A stretch of DNA of 64,000 nucleotides from Cyanophora paradoxa CCMP329 (taxonomy: Eukaryota; Plantae; Glaucophyta), in assembly GCA_004431415.1 (NCBI GenBank), contig QPMI01000622.1:62001-126000 (forward strand). The letters are read 5' to 3'. Positions 59,380 to 64,000 of the stretch are shown piece after piece (position 1 is the first letter of the stretch; every line of letters starts with the position of its first letter). The notes under the pieces were generated by a model that searched no databases, was not told the origin of the DNA, and was given only the letters and a program-made list of their open reading frames with translations. Both the position numbers and the translations under genes were made by a program.

Positions 59380-60214
59380 GGCGGGCGACGAGGTCGGGCG
59401 CAGCGTCGCCGAGCTCGGGCCTTCAGCGTCGTTGAGATGCCTTCGAGATGGAGTGAGCGTCGCCGAGCCCGGCGTTCTGCTGCACGGATCCGGGCCCCGT
59501 GAGCAGCGGGCGCTGGGCGGGATTGCAGCATGGGTGCGCACTTCGACTCGGAAGTAGCGGAGACGGGAGAGACGCGAACGAATGCACTGCGCGCGTGATG
59601 CTCCATGCGATCGGCCTCGCTGCGCACACAGCAGGTGAGCATGGAGCTGGCGCTTGGGCTGTGGTTGCGAGAAAGCGAGGCAAATCCCGCGCCCCGGCGG
59701 ACCAGCGACTCGTATGCACCTTCTTAGTCGACAGAGATGCAAAGCGGATGGCGCGCTCGCAGCCTGGATCGTCTGGGCTCCCCGGCAACCTGCGCCCCGC
59801 CGAATTCAAAATCCCGCGACAAGGGTGAGCGGGCGCAGCGCAGGTCGGCTTCAAATGCTTCTAGGATGAGGCTCTGAGGTCGCAGGACCGGCGTGCACCT
59901 CTGCGAGGCGGAGAGAAGCGAAGGTCAGTGCGCGACTTGCCCTCGAACTTCACGGCGGGCGGCGGGCGACTCTGCGGCGGCACAGTGCGATCGCCGGTCA
60001 ACAGAGCTTTCCGTAGCAACTTTCCGGGCTTCGGGAGCCCACCGTGGCGCGAAATGGCGGTCCGCGGTCCGGAGCACCCCAAGGACGGCGGCGGCGCGAC
60101 CGGCGAGGATGCCGACGAGCTCAGAGCTACCTGCTCTATCGCCTGCTGTGCCGGAGCGACGGCGGGCTCGCTAGTTCAAGAGCAGCTCGAAGCTAAGGGG
60201 GAAGACTGTGGAGG

Positions 60215-60486
60215 GGGGTACGTGTTATGTCCAAATGTCCAAGTGTCCAAGTGTCCAAGTGTCCAGATGTCCAAGGCCAAGGCCTAGGCCTACGATGAGC
60301 TAGCGCTAGCTATAGATAGCGGGGTACATGTTATGTCCAAATGTCCAAATGTCCAAGTGTCCAGATGTCCAGATGTCCAAGGCCAAGGCCTAGGCCTACG
60401 ATGAGCTAGCGCTAGCTATAGATAGCGGGGTACATGTTATGTCCAAATGTCCAAATGTCCAAATGTCCAAATGTCCAGATGTCCAG
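60215..60486. repeat. ~107-bp tandem unit x2.5, built from TGTCCARR octamers plus palindromes
   Basis: Seen directly (ATGTCCAA/GTGTCCAA/ATGTCCAG runs; AGGCCTAGGCCT and AGCTAGCGCTAGCT palindromes). Confidence 0.92.
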
Positions 60487-60505
60487 AGACTTTGACTTGA
60501 GCTCT

Positions 60506-60508
<3 letters not shown>

Positions 60509-60600
<92 letters not shown>
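60509..60600. repeat. (TC)n microsatellite
   Basis: Pure TC run. Confidence 0.95.
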
Positions 60601-60603
<3 letters not shown>

Positions 60604-60749
60604 CACATGCACATGCACCTTAAGAAAAGGAGGTGCTCTTGGTACCTGGTATCTGAGATTTGCCTCTTTTCCTTGAGGTGGTCACAAGGATCTTGTGTAC
60701 ACCTCATGAAAAGTTCTATTAGAAGTTTCCAAGAGGTGGTCACATCCTG

Positions 60750-62004
60750 CCAACCTACTACGCCTGGAAGATCATCCACGCGCTCGCGACGGCGAGGCGC
60801 GTGCATCCAGCCTTCGAGCCGGTGTGGCTGCGGGAGAAGCGCCTGGCCTTCTGGCAGGAGACGGCCTCCTGCCCCTCACCCGCTTCATCATCACCCACTG
60901 CGTCGTCGACCCCACCACCTACCTCGTCGCTCGAGACGGAGGGCGCATGACGAGCGTGGCGGGCATCTGCGAGTACATCTCGCGCACGGAGGGCCCCGAC
61001 GCCTCCGCCGCCGTCGCCGCCGACTCGAGAACGGCGGCTGGACGAGACCATCGCCGCCTTCGGCCCCAGTGCCGCCTCTTCTCCTACAAGCCGGCGGCGT
61101 CTGGAGACCTACATCCGCGGCATCGTCCCCAAGGCCCCCTCTCCCTCGGCGCGAGCCAGCCGGCGCTGCAGGCCATCCAGTTCTTCGAGCCGGCGGACCC
61201 GGAGACGGCCCTTCCCGTCAAGCCTCGAACAGGGCAGGGCAAGCGCGCCCGCAACTCGGCCCCGCCTTCGTCCCGCCCCGCCCCGTCGTCGCCCCCGCCG
61301 CCCAGCAGCACGCCGGCCAGCAGCGCATCGACGAGATGCTGCCGCGCCAGGTCCGGCCCCGCACCCGCGCCCTCCCGTACCCCCCTTCCCCCGCCCCCTC
61401 CTGACCTCGGCCAGGGCGAGGCGCTCCCCCGCGGCAGCTTCCGCAGCAGCCCGTGACGGCGGCGCGGCCCAGCGGCTACGGCAGCTCGGCTCGCGCTCGC
61501 CTCGGCTCGCGCGCGCTCGCCTCGGCCGCCTCCAGCAGCGCCGGCCCAGCCCGTCCCTTCTCCTCGCGACCGCAGCCCGTCCCGCGCTTCGCCGCGCCGT
61601 CCCGCCCGGCGCCGTCCTCTCCGCGATCCAGGGCTTCGGGGCCCAGCAGGAGGCCGAGCGGCAGGCGCTGGCGGCGCGCCAGGCGCGCGAGGCGGAGGAG
61701 CGGCGCCAGGCCCTCTGGGCCCAGCGCCTCCAGCGCACCCTCGCCTTCCGCGCCGAGCTGGAGGCGGGATTCCGCGCCCGCCAGATCTCCGGTGCGGAGG
61801 CCTCGGAGACTTGGCGGGCGTTCGAGGCGGAGACGGCGGGGCTGGCGAAGACCCTCGCCCAGCCTACCGGCGCGTGGCCGTCCGCAGTCCTACGCGCGGC
61901 GGGCGACGCTGGAGGCCTCGCGGGCGGAGATCGACGCGGCGGAGGAGCAGGCGGAGCGCGAGGAGGCCGAGGACAACGCGCGCTTCCGGCACCTCCACCA
62001 CTGA
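60750..62004 (+). pseudogene. Hypothetical frameshifted ORF of the virus-like island
   Basis: Coding-like segments in changing frames (YYAWKIIHALA.., RFIITHCVVDPTTYLVARDG.., ..EAEDNARFRHLHH*). Confidence 0.35.
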
Positions 62005-62861
62005 GGCCTCGAGGCGGTATTTTTTCTCAACCCCTTCCAATTCGGTCTCGCGATGGCCTCGCTGACAGCTATCCCCGCATTACTCGCTAGGAGCCCTCGC
62101 CGCGACCCTCACCTGGCTCCTCGGCGGCACGCCCACGGCCTCGGCCGTCATCGGCGTGGGCTTCGGCTACGCCGCCAAGACCCTCTACGCCCCCGGCTCC
62201 GTCTCGATGGCGACGGCCGGCATGCGCCCCGCCGGGCGTTAACTCTCCTTTCAAAGTTCCATTCCCCCTTTCCCTTTTCAAAGTTGCGACGTCCTTTGAG
62301 TCGTTGGCATTTAAATTTTCTTCATCGTCTGTACACGTCTAACATGCCCAACGCCGTAGAGAAGCTGTTGTGTACGGTGTTCAAATCGGACTCGCGCTGC
62401 AGCAAGATCGGCGAGGCTGCCAAGGGCGGGGCGGGCGAAGGCCGGCGGCGGGCGGAGGGGCCTAAGATAAGGGCGCGGACCCGGCGCCGCCGGCGCTAAA
62501 GTCGATTAAGGCTGCGGGCAAGGGCCGCGGCGTCGGGCCCTGCCCCTCGTGGCGATCGCCCGGGCCAGCGCGAGGCGGCGCACGCGGCGACGGCGGCGCT
62601 GGCCTCGCAGCAGCAGAGGGAGGGGCGCCGCGCCTGAGCGCCGGCCTCTGGTCGCAGCCTGCGCCGCGCGCGAGTACGGCGTCAGCGCTTACTTCGACGG
62701 CGCGAACGAGCTGAGCCGCCAGGAGATCTGGGCCTGGAGGCGCGGCGCGCGGTCGACGGGCACCTGCCGTTGCTCGTGGCGCTCGGCGGCTCGCTCCTCA
62801 TGGTCTGGTACCTGCGCGGCTTCGCGATTTAGATAGATTTTCGAAGCGCTAGCTAGTAGAG

Positions 62862-63186
62862 ATGAGCTGGCTCGACGCGCTGCTCACCAAGACCTTTGGC
62901 CAAGGGCGCGCCGCGGCTGCAGTTCGGTGAGCTCAACGCCGCGATCGGCGCCACAGTCGAGATGAAGAACCGCGAGAACGTGCTGCGCGGCGACGGAGGC
63001 GCGTGGGCGGACATTGCGGCGGGCGCGCTGGGCTCCGCACTCACCGCACCGGGCAAGGCGGGCCGCGCGCTCACGGACGTGGCCGAGCGCTTCTGGCACT
63101 GGCTCAAGGTTGCCGTGGTCATCGCCGCAGCGGTTGTGGCGGGTCTCCTGGTGCTCGAGGCTCGCGCGCTATTTTCTAAACGCTAG
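62862..63186 (+). CDS. Small protein with C-terminal transmembrane helix (one frameshift near the start)
   Basis: MSWLDALLTKTF / AKGAPRLQFGEL...FWHWLKVAVVIAAAVVAGLLVLEARALFSKR*. Confidence 0.5.
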
Positions 63187-64000
63187 GTAAAGCGAGCGAA
63201 CCATGCCCGCGGCGGCTCTTCCCCCGTGTCTCCTTCGCTGAGAACGAAGTCGCCGCTACCCCCCTGGAGCCCGGCGTCAAGCTGGAGCGCGCGAACGCAG
63301 TCTCCGTCAAGAAGGCCAAGCGCGCGCTGGTTCTAGAGTCCCAAGACCGCTCGCAGTTCCTTCCACGTCGAGTACGACGGCACGGAAGATACGGAGAAGG
63401 TTGCATTCAACAAGCGCAAGACGTACAAGGCGATACGCGAGGGCCAGCTGCTGCCCACGGACGCGGTTCCCGGGCTGCCGGGCACCACGGCCGGCGAGCT
63501 GCTCGTGCGCAACCTGCGCCTGCAGTACGTCTCCCGCCTCCGCCGCTCCAAGGCCAAGAAGGCGCGCCTGGACTCGGGCGATAGCAGCTCTAGCTCGTAG
63601 GGCTCTGTACTCAATACTACCAGTTCCTGTTCCTATCCCAGAGCACGACTCGGGTAAGGGCACGGTCATAGCGAACATGAACTCGGCAAACTTGGAGAAG
63701 TTCATGAGGGTCCCTAGGCGCGGGTCCTCCCAGTAGATAGCTTCGCGCAGGACTCGTAGATGCGCATGAGGGAGCGCTCGTTCTCGTCGCGAAGGCGTCG
63801 AGGGCTCGTCGGGATCCGGATCCGAGAGCTCGAGTACTCGTCCGAGCTGCCAGCGCTCTCGACGCCTGCGGCGGGTCGGGCGAGGGTCAGCCATTCTTTG
63901 CTGGTAGAAGGGCTAGAAAATCACGGGCGCCGGTACTCCATCGAGTCGCCGCGCCAGTACTTGTTGCCGGAGGCGAGCAGCTTCATCGGCTCGCCCGTCG

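Larger units (their letters stand above)
51900..64000. mobile_element. Integrated virus-like / self-replicating element (PLV- or NCLDV-like), partly degenerate, continuing beyond the window
   Basis: GC content drops and host-type CCCCG introns disappear. Contains HNH, OBP-like and D5-like helicase genes, iteron-like repeats and tightly packed small ORFs. No capsid, integrase or terminus is visible. Confidence 0.6.

Overview
Very GC-rich, intron-dense eukaryotic DNA with short (~50-100 nt) introns, many of them GC-AG. The style suggests a plastid-bearing protist such as a glaucophyte, but this is inference only. Ordinary host genes: VPS13 3' part, AMPK/SNF1 beta subunit, LEA-like repeat protein, TELO2, flavin reductase, RWD-RBR E3 ligase (RNF14-like), CAAX/CPBP protease, Zn-ADH, MECR-like reductase and IMP peptidase. 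There is also an RWP-RK transcription factor with an unusual GAF-like + cNMP-binding architecture. Two accessory regions stand out. (1) ~17.6-29.2 kb holds an OTU-like protease gene and a ~19-intron Fanzor2-like (TnpB-derived RNA-guided RuvC) gene. The nuclease catalytic D-E-D and Zn finger are intact and appear fused to an N-terminal PHD finger and two AP2 DNA-binding domains. Inverted arrays of one GCGATTACG-core repeat bracket the region, one of them inside the Fanzor's last intron, and a hairpin-rich candidate omegaRNA follows the stop. (2) ~51.9-64 kb is a lower-GC virus-like island with an HNH endonuclease, a UL9-like origin-binding SF2 helicase, a D5-like SF3 helicase, iteron-like repeats and small membrane-protein ORFs. 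Exon boundaries were inferred by eye, so multi-exon CDS coordinates are outer spans.
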